Under the pieces are notes generated by a model. It did no database searches and was not told the origin of the DNA. It saw nothing but the letters and a program-made list of their open reading frames with translations. A DNA stretch of 64,000 nucleotides from Rhizonema sp. PD37 (GTDB lineage: Bacteria > Cyanobacteriota > Cyanobacteriia > Cyanobacteriales > Nostocaceae). Positions within the stretch are counted from its first letter, which is position 1. Each line of letters opens with the position of its first letter. Shown piece after piece: positions 49,784 to 59,540 of this stretch. The DNA is taken from the NCBI GenBank assembly GCA_029379215.1, contig JAQYWO010000014.1, positions 416 to 64,415 on the forward strand, read 5' to 3'. Both the position numbers and the translations under genes were made by a program.

Positions 49784-50065
49784 GTGATGAGCATGAGTAA
49801 ACTCGATGATGAAGAGAAGGAAATACTTGAGTCCTTTGATTCGGGGGAATGGGAATCAGTGGGCGATCCAAACCGTCTTGCCCAGCTTCAAAGCTATGCC
49901 AACGGCACTATTGCCAAAGATAAGCGAATTACGTTACGGCTTTCGTCGATGGATTTCGATGCAATTCAAGCAAAAGCAATCGTTGAGGGAATTCCATATC
50001 AGACCTTTATCTCAGGCATTTTGCACAAGTACATAACCGGAAGACTCATCGAACGACGAGAGTAA
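49784..50065 (+). CDS. BrnA-like antitoxin (CopG/RHH-type C-terminus)
   Basis: EEKEILESFDSGEW.S ... KRITLRLSSMDFDAIQAKAIVEGIPYQTFISGILHKYITG. Confidence 0.7.
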   Translation: MMSMSKLDDEEKEILESFDSGEWESVGDPNRLAQLQSYANGTIAKDKRITLRLSSMDFDAIQAKAIVEGIPYQTFISGILHKYITGRLIERRE

Positions 50066-50233
50066 AGAGTCAAATCCCGATTCGACAGGACACGTGTATG
50101 AAGCTTGATTATATCCTTTGTGAAAATCACAAAACAATTCGCTTCATCACAATACGTTCTTAATTTTTAATTCCGTGTACTCCTTCACAAGAAGCAAGCT
50201 ACGCGCAGCTTGTCCCAAGGGGACTCAGGGGTA

Positions 50234-50423
50234 CTAACTCAATTGCTCAATGATGCCGCTACCTAAGACTCTGTCCCCATCGTACCAGACTGCGGCTTGT
50301 CCGGGAGTGATGCTGAACTGAGGTTCGTCAAACACGATACGGACGCGAGAGTTTTCTAAGAGGAACACCGTAACTGGTGCGGGATTTGAACGATAGCGGA
50401 TTTGCGCTTCGGCACGGATGGGG
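50234..50423 (-). pseudogene. mnmA 3'-end remnant, copy B
   Basis: 50268-50423 is identical, by my base-by-base reading, to 55527-55682 (156 nt). The tail differs (..[11 protein letters not shown]). The listed 76-aa ORF is this fragment plus junk N-terminal codons. Confidence 0.9.
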
Positions 50424-50635
50424 AAGAAGTGGTTTATTCGACACACTACCTTTGATTTCAACACTCTACAGATGTAGGGTGTTTATTCAAAAATAAAATA
50501 GGATTTCTATATTAGACGCAAGTAATGGGAGAAGTCAAGTTTTTTAAGGTTTTTAAAAGTAATATATAAGACCTGGTATACAGATTCAGCAGGGCAGTAT
50601 CAGTTCATCTGACGAGTTGAATGAAAATACTTAAA

Positions 50636-53600
50636 TCAAATATAACCCTTTGATGAAACAACTCGATTTTCTGCATCAAGCATGAAATCATAAGTGTTTA
50701 AAAAATCAGACTGCCACTTTTCAGGCTTTTGGCAAATTGCTAGTGAAAATCCTGCTAAATCAAACCATTGAATATCATCCCCAATTTCTACTGGTACTAC
50801 TCTCCAATTTTTACTTGGAGCCTTACTGAAATCTCTAAGCAGATTGACGTCAATTCGATTAGGAGGTTTAGGAGTTGGTAAATGTCGTTCAACACTAGAA
50901 AATGATTGATCTACCCAATTTCTGATATTGACTGCATTAAGATATTCATTTTGTTCCGGTTCTCTTTCGCTAATGTAGTAATAGTAAGTCTGCGCTAATT
51001 CTTCAGCTTGTTTACGAGTTGTTACATCTTCTACTTTAGCAAGCAAGTATGCGGCTACTGGATCTAAAGTTCCCCATACAATAAGTTCTTTCATCCAGAA
51101 AACAATCCAAGGTAGCCCAGTTTGTGACCAGTTTTCAAGGGATGATTCAACTAACTCACCACCAAAAGCTTCATCTATAGCTAGTGCAATAACACTTCCT
51201 AAGCCCCAGTTGAATCTATATCCAAAATTTTGACTAATATATGAATGCCAATTTGAAATTTGAGTCGGTTTCGGTTTTTTAATTGCTTTAGTAGGGTCAA
51301 GCCACCAGCGTAATATTTCATTCCAAGTAACCTTTCCTGATGGGTCGATTAGTTTAAACTTCGATAAACTGGTTAAAATACTAACTATATTTTGAATATA
51401 ATTAAAGCGTTCTTCTACTGTCCAAATAGCATAATCTCCACCCACTGCTAATTGTTCTTTAAGTCGAGAATAGAGAGTTAAAAGCTGATTTCCATCACGT
51501 GGTGGTAAACTAGTGCGATACAAGCGCCGACGCTGTGACAAATCTTTATAAATTTCTGTTTTCAGTGCCCTACCTCGCCTGATAAATAAATTTTCTAATC
51601 TTTCTTGTTCGCGGCTAGCGTAATGAGCAAAGCTTCGTTGCCAAATTTTTTGCAGTTGCTCCTCCAATTCATTAGGGCTTAAATCATTAGCTGCTAGCTG
51701 TTCAATTTCAACAATTGCAGACAGTAAAATGCTATCCAGCGAATCTAAAGTTTCAATAGCTGATAATTCTGTATCAGAGAGATTATTGCCAGAGTCAAGC
51801 GGTGCAGTTTTTTCCAGCCATGTAAAAAATTTTTCTTGTCTATTAGAACTGGAAATTAGCTGCCATTGTTCTTCCAAACGTAGCAGTAATTCTGCTATAG
51901 GACTTAGAGGATTTGCATTTGGGTTAATTGCTTGTGTTTGAGCCTCTAATTCTTCTATCAAAGATAAGTATCTTTTACGTGCTTCTTTGTCACTCCAATC
52001 TGTCGATGCATTACTAAGTAATACTAAACTACGTCCTTCTGTGCCAAATCCAGGTCTTCCAGAACGACCAACTAAATTACCAAATTCACGAATATTTAGT
52101 TCTCCCGTACCACGTCTTAAACTTGGAATTAATACTGTTTCAAAAGGAAGATTAACCCCTTCGGAAAGAGTTGACGTTGCTAAAACTAAATGTACAATTT
52201 TTTCATCTATGACATCGATAAGTAATCGAGCCATCAAACCTGGCATTTTTCCATGATGTACTATGATTCCTTTCTCTAACAGCTTATACTCGCGAGATTT
52301 AATACCAAAATAATCTTCACATGAACGTAAACACTTTTGCCAAATCTCAAGTTTTTCTGGCTCTACAGGTTCTTTAAAAAATGAAGGTATTTCTATTTGC
52401 GACCAAATTGTCAAAAAATTCAGAAAGTCTTCAGCATAACCGCCAGGGTGCTGTGTGACTGAAATAAGAACGGCACGTCTTTGTCCTTTTTCATCTGGTG
52501 CAGCTAAGTGCATAGCTGCCCAGAAAAGATAAGGGCGTAACCTCTTTTCAACTCCTTCTTTTTTACCTTTTGGCACAGGAGGATATGTCGGAAAAGGATT
52601 TGGAATAAAAGGTGTGTCAGCTTGACCACCTTCTTGAAATTCTAATCTTCTACCATCAAGTAAGTCATAGCGTATTTCAAATCCTTTTCCTGGCAGGCAT
52701 TCAAGACGACCTATTAATTGACGCGTACTTCTGTAATTTGTCTTTGCTGGGCTAGCGTTAGTTAAATTTTCTATCCAGCTTGCTAAAGCACCTTCTGTTT
52801 CTGATGCAACAGCGGATAGTGCAATAATTCGGCTATTATTTTGTTCTATATAAGTAAACAGTCTTGCACTTAATGACTCTAAGCGTAAGGATCTATTCTC
52901 AGCTTTTTGCAAAGAATCTTTATTACCATCAAATTGAACTGCATGGGCTTCATCAAGTACAATAAGCGATACTCTACGGATAAATAGAGACCCTAAAAAT
53001 TTCATCAAAGCTTCTGCTTTTTCATAAGTGCAAATTAAAACTGTTGGCTGTTCTGATGTCAGCCATACATCTGTTGGACCCCAGTCAGTACCTCCATATA
53101 AACCTGTAACTATGACATTGTTATTAGTAGAGCGCTTTAAAACACGAGACAAATTTGATTCAACTTCTGTAGCAAGCGCTCTGCTTGGCACTAAGTAAAT
53201 TACTAAAGGAGCCGAGTTGCTTAATTCGTTATAATTTGTTGTTTCAAAGAACAAACTTTGCAGAATAGCAATTTCAGCTATTGTGGTTTTTCCTGAACCT
53301 GTAGGGGTACAAAGAGCAAATGATTCTGCTGTTGATAGTCGTTCAATTCCACAAATTTGAGAACGCCATGCTAAAGTTTTACACTTTTGATAACTTTGAC
53401 GTAAATAACGCTCCAAGAAAGTTTTACCACTTTGGGTAATCATCTGAGAAAGTGCTTCTAAATGATATCGTAGAGAAGTTTCTATATATACATAAGCAAC
53501 TTCAGCACATAACTTACCTAAAAGCCAAGAATAAGTGTCATGTCCATGAAGAAGCACCTTAGCAATAGCAGAAAGCTTTTCAATAGCTTTTTCTAATCTT

Positions 53601-55228
53601 GGTTCATTTCCCCAGCGCATTTTTGCACATAAAATTCCTAAAGAACTAGCAGTTTCTTTAACAATCAACTTGTTAAATCTGTCAGCAGTTGTATCAGTCT
53701 CATCCCAAAGAAGACTTGTTTCTGTTTGGAAATTTGATGATGTTGCAGTTGCCCAATATTCTGTCAGCTGTTGCAATAAACTGGGAAAATCAGCTTTTAG
53801 CAAAGAACGTAGAATTTCTGACTCTATTCCCTCACTTATATCTTCATTGAGTAAACCTGCAGCCATAGCAGGATAACCAGCAAGTTCATACACAGCTGCT
53901 GCAAGTAAACGAATTGGTAAAATATCCGGGTTTAGTTGGGGATGAGATAGCCATTCAAATAACTCACCAGCCCGTAGCATTCCATTACGCCAGTTAATAT
54001 CTCCAGTTTCTCGCTGGATAAATGCAGCCTCAATAAGGCGCATAGCATCATTTAATCTTTCACCTGCTTCATCTTCTCGCCACCCAGTTAATCCCTTTCC
54101 TCCTGCGCGAAGTCTGGTATGTTGGCTATAAAGTTTTGCAATTGCTGGTGTTAGTCTGCTACCTGCCAGACTCTTTTGTAGTTCTTTCGCTAAAGCAATG
54201 ACTTCGTTACTTGGTTGAGTCATCTCATTTTGCAGAACTTCACCCTCTACTATGACATCAGAGTTTGCTTTTGTAACCTCTGAATCATCTGGTTGTTGAA
54301 CTTTATGAGTATAAATATTTACTGTATGTGTTACAGTTACTGGCTGACTATAGACACTTGTAACCAGATTCTCAACTTCATGAAGGTGAATTTCAACTGC
54401 TTCGAGTCTTCTTTCTGCTGTATATTGTTCGTGTGGTTTTTCGAGAGGTATCCAGGTGGAATTTCTGATAGGATGTTCACCACAAATATAACTAATTAAA
54501 TCGCAGCGTTCATAATTTCTATCAACTTTTTTTTCTAGCCATAAAACTCTTAGAGAATCAACCCATTCAGATGAAAAAGGATCATCGTAATCACCCAAAA
54601 TCTCAATTATTTGTGGGATATCAACAGGCTTTATATGTGGTTCACTTGCCTTTTTATGTGCTTCAGCTATCATTTTGGTGTAATGATTAGTTGTGCATTT
54701 AGCTTCACAAACTAGAGAAGCAATAATTACTCCTTCGCTGTTACGTAGAAAAGCAAGACAATCATCGCCTGTACGTCCAGGTCGCTTTTTTGCAATCTCT
54801 TCAGTTTGATTTAGAAATTCTAAATGCTGAAACTCAACTAGATGAAATCGAAAAAGAAAAGCAGGAATTTCCCAATCATCCCGCCCAAAAGGAGCAAAAT
54901 TTTCAGCAATGATTCCTGAAAATATCTCTCCAAAATAACCCTGAAGGGATATAATATTAAGACGCTCAGGATAGCCATAGCTTGGATCGTTGTCTGAAAA
55001 ATCCCCAAATGGAGTGAGAGAATTTCCTGCTAATTTATGAAGACGATATCGAGCATCTTTATGGGCTTTTTGAACAATTAATATTAATTCATTGATAATT
55101 ATATTTCGTTGGCTTTTATCTTCTCTGAGCAGACGATGTGTGTACCGCTTATCTTCAGATTCACTAACTGAGTTAGATAACCACTTTGATATTCCGTTAA
55201 ACCTAGTGATTTTTTGTCTTTCTTCCAT
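50636..55228 (-). CDS. HamA/DUF1837-like PD-(D/E)xK domain fused to a DEAH-box SF2 helicase (single-polypeptide Hachiman-like candidate), 1530 aa
   Basis: N-terminal LQGYFGEIFSG..., GRTGDDCLAF..., LVCEAKC (nuclease-fold D...ExK). Helicase motif I CTPTGSGKT, II LIVLDEAHAV, V ATSTLSEGVNLP, VI GRSGRPG. Large helical linker and about 430-aa C-terminal region. The gene is visibly more AT-rich than its neighbours. Confidence 0.6.
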   Translation of the reverse strand: MEERQKITRFNGISKWLSNSVSESEDKRYTHRLLREDKSQRNIIINELILIVQKAHKDARYRLHKLAGNSLTPFGDFSDNDPSYGYPERLNIISLQGYFGEIFSGIIAENFAPFGRDDWEIPAFLFRFHLVEFQHLEFLNQTEEIAKKRPGRTGDDCLAFLRNSEGVIIASLVCEAKCTTNHYTKMIAEAHKKASEPHIKPVDIPQIIEILGDYDDPFSSEWVDSLRVLWLEKKVDRNYERCDLISYICGEHPIRNSTWIPLEKPHEQYTAERRLEAVEIHLHEVENLVTSVYSQPVTVTHTVNIYTHKVQQPDDSEVTKANSDVIVEGEVLQNEMTQPSNEVIALAKELQKSLAGSRLTPAIAKLYSQHTRLRAGGKGLTGWREDEAGERLNDAMRLIEAAFIQRETGDINWRNGMLRAGELFEWLSHPQLNPDILPIRLLAAAVYELAGYPAMAAGLLNEDISEGIESEILRSLLKADFPSLLQQLTEYWATATSSNFQTETSLLWDETDTTADRFNKLIVKETASSLGILCAKMRWGNEPRLEKAIEKLSAIAKVLLHGHDTYSWLLGKLCAEVAYVYIETSLRYHLEALSQMITQSGKTFLERYLRQSYQKCKTLAWRSQICGIERLSTAESFALCTPTGSGKTTIAEIAILQSLFFETTNYNELSNSAPLVIYLVPSRALATEVESNLSRVLKRSTNNNVIVTGLYGGTDWGPTDVWLTSEQPTVLICTYEKAEALMKFLGSLFIRRVSLIVLDEAHAVQFDGNKDSLQKAENRSLRLESLSARLFTYIEQNNSRIIALSAVASETEGALASWIENLTNASPAKTNYRSTRQLIGRLECLPGKGFEIRYDLLDGRRLEFQEGGQADTPFIPNPFPTYPPVPKGKKEGVEKRLRPYLFWAAMHLAAPDEKGQRRAVLISVTQHPGGYAEDFLNFLTIWSQIEIPSFFKEPVEPEKLEIWQKCLRSCEDYFGIKSREYKLLEKGIIVHHGKMPGLMARLLIDVIDEKIVHLVLATSTLSEGVNLPFETVLIPSLRRGTGELNIREFGNLVGRSGRPGFGTEGRSLVLLSNASTDWSDKEARKRYLSLIEELEAQTQAINPNANPLSPIAELLLRLEEQWQLISSSNRQEKFFTWLEKTAPLDSGNNLSDTELSAIETLDSLDSILLSAIVEIEQLAANDLSPNELEEQLQKIWQRSFAHYASREQERLENLFIRRGRALKTEIYKDLSQRRRLYRTSLPPRDGNQLLTLYSRLKEQLAVGGDYAIWTVEERFNYIQNIVSILTSLSKFKLIDPSGKVTWNEILRWWLDPTKAIKKPKPTQISNWHSYISQNFGYRFNWGLGSVIALAIDEAFGGELVESSLENWSQTGLPWIVFWMKELIVWGTLDPVAAYLLAKVEDVTTRKQAEELAQTYYYYISEREPEQNEYLNAVNIRNWVDQSFSSVERHLPTPKPPNRIDVNLLRDFSKAPSKNWRVVPVEIGDDIQWFDLAGFSLAICQKPEKWQSDFLNTYDFMLDAENRVVSSKGYI

Positions 55229-55375
55229 TCTCTATAGCTTGCCATCTGAGGCGTTGCTAAAAAATATTTCTGGTTCATGCAATTATGTGCTAAAAAAGAC
55301 TAATAATGTTATAGCAATTATACTGAAAAAACTTTTGTAAATTGTGAGATTAAGAAGTTTTATGTAGAAAATAGT

Positions 55376-55411
55376 CAACCGCCTTTAATATATGTACATT
55401 AAAGGCGGTTG
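55376..55411 (-). terminator. hairpin downstream of mnmA (candidate terminator)
   Basis: CAACCGCCTTTAAT/ATTAAAGGCGGTTG, a 14-bp perfect stem. On the minus strand it is followed by ACTATTTTC, a weak T tract. Confidence 0.5.
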
Positions 55412-55498
55412 CGTGACAATGAAGTTCTATCAGTAGCGAGTGTAGTTGATCAGCAAAAGCAAAACTCTGGTCATTGGTTATTAAGTTTGGACAAATTA

Positions 55499-56566
55499 TT
55501 ATGACTCAATAATGCCGCCACCCAAAACTCTGTCCCCATCGTACCAGACTGCGGCTTGTCCGGGAGTGATGCTGAACTGAGGTTCGTCAAACACGATACG
55601 GACGCGAGAGTTTTCTAAGAGGAACACCGTAACTGGTGCGGGATTTGAACGATAGCGGATTTGCGCTTCGGCACGGATGGGGGTTGATGGTTCGGCAATT
55701 GACACCCAGTTGACTTGTGCTACAGAACATTCTGGCTGTGTTGCCAGAGTGCGATCGCCAACAATAACTCGGTTATTCACTGCATCTAAGCCGATGACAT
55801 ACAGTGGTTCTGCGGCAGCAATTCCTAACCCTTTGCGCTGTCCAATCGTGTAGTGATGGACACCATCATGTTTGCCGAGGATTTTCCCCCCAGTGTCAAC
55901 AATATCCCCTTGCTTGGGGGCAAGATATTTATCAAGAAACGCTTTCATAGAGCCGTTTGTTTCCACCAAACACAAGTCCTGACTTTCTGGCTTATCAGCA
56001 GTTTTTAATTCGTATTCGGCAGCGATTTTACGAGTCTCTGTTTTCTGTATTTCTCCTAGTGGAAATACAGATGCCGCTAATAAATCTTGGGAAAGGTCAT
56101 AGAGGAAGTACGACTGATCTTTATTGCGATCAAAAGCCCGATGCAACTGATAACGTCCAGTCGTTGGGTCATAAATGATCCGAGCATAGTGACCTGTGGC
56201 AATTTTGTCGCATCCCAGATGTTCTTGAGCATATTGCAACATTGGACCAAATTTCACAGTCTTGTTGCACTGAGAACAAGGCAAAGGCGTAATCCCAACA
56301 CTGTAACCAGCTACGAGATAATCCACAATATTGGTTTGAAATACTTCCCGAATATCAACAACATGATGGGGAATGCCAAGCTGTTCGCAGAGATAAGCCG
56401 CATCAATCATACCCTCAGAGCAGCACTGACCTTTCCCTTTCATTAACCAAAGGGTGAGACCAATAACTTCATAGCCCTGATTGTGTAATAGAGCAGCAGC
56501 AGTGGAACTGTCAACGCCACCAGAAAGACCAACTACGACTTTGTTCATACCGTGATTGCTTGGCAA
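55499..56566 (-). CDS. mnmA: tRNA 2-thiouridine(34) synthase
   Basis: PP-loop [11 protein letters not shown]. Cys motifs ..KGQCCSE.., PCSQCN. The C-terminal barrel ends ..[18 protein letters not shown]. Confidence 0.93.
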   Translation of the reverse strand: MPSNHGMNKVVVGLSGGVDSSTAAALLHNQGYEVIGLTLWLMKGKGQCCSEGMIDAAYLCEQLGIPHHVVDIREVFQTNIVDYLVAGYSVGITPLPCSQCNKTVKFGPMLQYAQEHLGCDKIATGHYARIIYDPTTGRYQLHRAFDRNKDQSYFLYDLSQDLLAASVFPLGEIQKTETRKIAAEYELKTADKPESQDLCLVETNGSMKAFLDKYLAPKQGDIVDTGGKILGKHDGVHHYTIGQRKGLGIAAAEPLYVIGLDAVNNRVIVGDRTLATQPECSVAQVNWVSIAEPSTPIRAEAQIRYRSNPAPVTVFLLENSRVRIVFDEPQFSITPGQAAVWYDGDRVLGGGIIES

Positions 56567-56886
56567 CTAACCTCTAAGCTAACACCATCTAAATTTTAGA
56601 TTTTTCTTTTTATTTACAACTCACGTACTGTACAAGTTGACAATATTGTGAGTCAATGGAATTACATAATTTTAATCTATTTGGGAATTTTCTCAAGAAA
56701 GGATTTATACCAGCCTCTTGAAAGAGTCTTTTTAGCAATCAGCAGTCAGCTAAGAACTGATAACCGCTCTCCAAATACAACTTGGTATTAGATCTAAATT
56801 ATTGTATATGCATGGAATCAGAGTTATGTCAATGCACAACTCCTATTATATATTAAGATACCAGCTTTTAGCTGATTACTTGTAAG

Positions 56887-57726
56887 ATGAATATTTTCTC
56901 TTCCAATCCCAGCTATTCTACCGTTAAATCGATAATTCCTCTGATATTAGGAGGATGTTTAGCTCTGATTTCCTACCCTACTCCAGTAAAAGGGCAAATC
57001 AACACAAAAGGTGTTTTGCTGGCTCAACGACCCTCTGTGTATCAAAATTTACCACCCGCCCCACCTATTCCAGGCACTGGTTTTAATGATGACTTATTAC
57101 CTGCATTGCCAACAAGTTCACCAGGTTATACCACTCCCCAAAGATTCATAGACTTCCAAGCAGCGCCTTCATATCAAAATAACCGAAATAGAGGCTACAC
57201 AGACGAACAAGCAGCACCATCATATCAAAATAACCGCAATGGGCGCTACTTGGTTTACGTAGATAGTAATAACTTCCAACGATTGCAACAAGTATATCAG
57301 ATTGAACCAGGAGCCTATATACGCAGGTTTCAAGGACGTTATATCATTCAAGCAGGAGTTTTTAACAGAGAATCCAACGCGAAGGAGCGTCTTAGGCAAC
57401 TTCGGTCTTATGGTATAAATGATGCACGGTTGGTCAACTTCTCTAACAGGCGAGAAATCAGCTACTCTCCTAGTCAAAAGGATTTTGTCCGGCATCAGTC
57501 TAAGTCTTACTATGTTGCCATTCCTGTTAAATCACAAGACTTACCCTTCATGGAAGATAAAATTAGGCGTAGTGTAGGATTTAATACAAGTGTAAGTACC
57601 AGAAATCATCCTCGAGGGTTGCACGTAGCAGTTGGACCCTTTAACCAGTACTTAGACGCAGAGGCATGGAACAATTATCTGCAAAAACAGGGATTCGCTA
57701 ATGCCAGGGTTTACTATGGAAGATAG
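56887..57726 (+). CDS. SPOR-domain-like secreted protein (two SPOR-like repeats; internal AAPSYQNNRN duplication)
   Basis: Signal/TM at the N-terminus. YLVYVDS...IIQAGVFNRESNAKERLRQLRSYG and YYVAIPV...HVAVGPFNQYLDAEAWNNYLQKQGF resemble SPOR repeats. Confidence 0.55.
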   Translation: MNIFSSNPSYSTVKSIIPLILGGCLALISYPTPVKGQINTKGVLLAQRPSVYQNLPPAPPIPGTGFNDDLLPALPTSSPGYTTPQRFIDFQAAPSYQNNRNRGYTDEQAAPSYQNNRNGRYLVYVDSNNFQRLQQVYQIEPGAYIRRFQGRYIIQAGVFNRESNAKERLRQLRSYGINDARLVNFSNRREISYSPSQKDFVRHQSKSYYVAIPVKSQDLPFMEDKIRRSVGFNTSVSTRNHPRGLHVAVGPFNQYLDAEAWNNYLQKQGFANARVYYGR

Positions 57727-57884
57727 AAATTCTGGATTAATTTCAAATCCAGAACTTATGGAATAGCAATAGTGTCAAGTCGCTTCTCGCGCACTCGTAG
57801 TTCGTAGTTCACTTAAAATTTAACAACATTTGATTCTCATACAAGAGCTTCCACACCCAGAGAAATTATCCTCCGCATGACAAT

Positions 57885-58568
57885 CTAATTAGCCAAATCA
57901 AAAACCTGTTGAGCAGTCAAGTTGAATTGGGGAAAAGCCGGAGAGATAATTTGAGTGCTAGCAGTGAATTTAGTAACTTGATATTCACCCTCTACTAGGA
58001 CACAAACAGAGATTGTCGGCATTTTGGGATTCCCGATAAATTTCTTGCCTCCTAAGGCAGCATAGTCAACAATCCAATATTCCTCTATTTCCATTTCTTC
58101 ATAATCACGAAGTTTATCGTAGTAATCATCACGCCAGTTACTACTAACCCTTACGGGTGAGTCAGTTGCTTCAACGCGGGGAACCCGCGCAACGCACTGA
58201 CTCACTACCTCAACTATTAATTTGACAGAAGTAGCATTTTGGATAATTGATTCACCTTCCCAACGAGTTTCTGACCCGATAGTTTCTTGATTTAGAACAA
58301 TGATATCCGGTTCGTAGCCAGATTCTCTACTAGGCTTAACAATTGATTCTCTGGGGATAGTCCAAATTCCTCCTTTGCCTATTTCTCTAATAGTTATAAG
58401 TAATTTCTCAATGAGACAACCTGTCAGATTTGAATGCTTCCCTCGCGGTTTAGACATCTCAACAATCACCCCATTATGTAATTCGTATCTGAAGAGTGAA
58501 TCTTCTGAATACCATGCGATAAATTCATCAAAGGTAAATATTTTTGGCTCAAATTGTGTTTGCGTCAT
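57885..58568 (-). CDS. Uma2-family (DUF820) endonuclease carrying an in-frame small-dispersed-repeat insertion
   Basis: Family blocks YELHNGVIVEMS, PDIIVL, IVEVVS and EEYWIVD. About 19 extra codons (QCVARVPRVEATDSPVRVS) coincide with a palindromic repeat also present at about 6883-6915. Confidence 0.8.
   Translation of the reverse strand: MTQTQFEPKIFTFDEFIAWYSEDSLFRYELHNGVIVEMSKPRGKHSNLTGCLIEKLLITIREIGKGGIWTIPRESIVKPSRESGYEPDIIVLNQETIGSETRWEGESIIQNATSVKLIVEVVSQCVARVPRVEATDSPVRVSSNWRDDYYDKLRDYEEMEIEEYWIVDYAALGGKKFIGNPKMPTISVCVLVEGEYQVTKFTASTQIISPAFPQFNLTAQQVFDLAN
58152..58205. repeat. small dispersed palindromic repeat inserted in the Uma2 coding sequence
   Basis: gtgagtcagt-gcgttgcgcgggttccccgcgttgaagc-aactgactcac (read on the minus strand). 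A 33-nt core is identical to the copy at about 6883-6915. The outer stem differs but stays complementary (GCCAG/CTGGC versus GTCAGT/ACTGAC). Confidence 0.8.
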
Positions 58569-58825
58569 AGTTCAACAAGGTTGCTGTTAAGAGAATGGTA
58601 GGTTGAGAAGCCAGTGCTGTTCTCAGGAGCGGAGACGCTCCTGAGAAGACGGGTTTCCCGACTTGAGCAAAGTGGCGTTAGAGCGCAACGCGAAACCCAA
58701 CAAACGCCTCTTGAACCAGGAATCACGGTTTCACAAGCATTTCAGGCCACATGAATATAATATGAATTTTGCACAGGTACTTAGTGACAAATAATTTAGT
58801 TAATGTACAATACTTGATTTATTAG

Positions 58826-58897
58826 TGGGTGACCTAGGAGTCGAACCTAGAACCAATGGATTAAGAGTCCACTGCTCAGCCATTGAGCTTCTCACCC
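58826..58897 (-). tRNA. tRNA-Lys (anticodon CUU), with non-canonical G7:G66 and A8
   Basis: Manual fold: GGGTGAG-AA-GCTC-AATGGCT-GAGC-A-GTGGA-CTCTTAA-TCCAT-TGGTT-CTAGG-TTCGACT-CCTAG-GTCACCC-A. No encoded CCA. Confidence 0.7.
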
Positions 58898-59505
58898 AAT
58901 GAAACATGATACTAAATTTATGACAAAGTTGCCACTATTTCTGCTTTTTTTTTGTTTGACTGCAAAAGGGGGGAGAAAGAAATTTCCATATTCCCAAGAA
59001 ACATATTTTATAACCCTTACATAGCAAGGCTTTCATGGAATGAATACAAATGTGTTTCTTTCATTTGTTGCTCGTGGCGTAAGCCGCTAGTCGTCAGATC
59101 ATGTCGTGTAACTGGAAAGAGCGAATGTGTTAAGGGTTGCCCATCAATCAGCAAAAGGTCATAACCTACACCAATAATGGCATGGTATTTATAAATTGCG
59201 TATTTTATGTATAAAATAAACAAATATAAAAACAGTATCCGCCCAACAACTATAGGATTCCTATTTGATTTTTGAACAACTAGGTGGTCTAGAAGCTTGA
59301 CTTACAAAGCTTTTCTCTTAAGTATACTAAGCAAGATTCAAGTACGATTCTTATAGATACACCACACTTCTGATGTCAAGATTTAATTGGGTTCATTTCT
59401 AAGCAGTATTTGGGCAAAAAGAAGAGATATAAACCCTGACTTTCCCACGAGGACCTTCCGTAAAGGGGTGGGAGCGTCAAAAAGCATGTCACACCGCCAG
59501 CTGGA

Positions 59506-59540
59506 GCTAATACCACGAGCTATCAGCTCGTGGTATTAGC
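59506..59540. repeat. perfect 16-bp-stem palindrome upstream of xisH
   Basis: GCTAATACCACGAGCT-atc-AGCTCGTGGTATTAGC. Followed by a second hairpin GATGCTT-caca-AGCATC. Flanking CCACGAGG/CCTCGTG could close a larger structure. Confidence 0.7.

Noticed and set aside
50234-50464. 76-aa ORF resembling the MnmA C-terminus
   Set aside because: It is a displaced gene fragment (copy B of the mnmA end) with about 15 unrelated N-terminal codons and no catalytic domain. It is annotated as a pseudogene.
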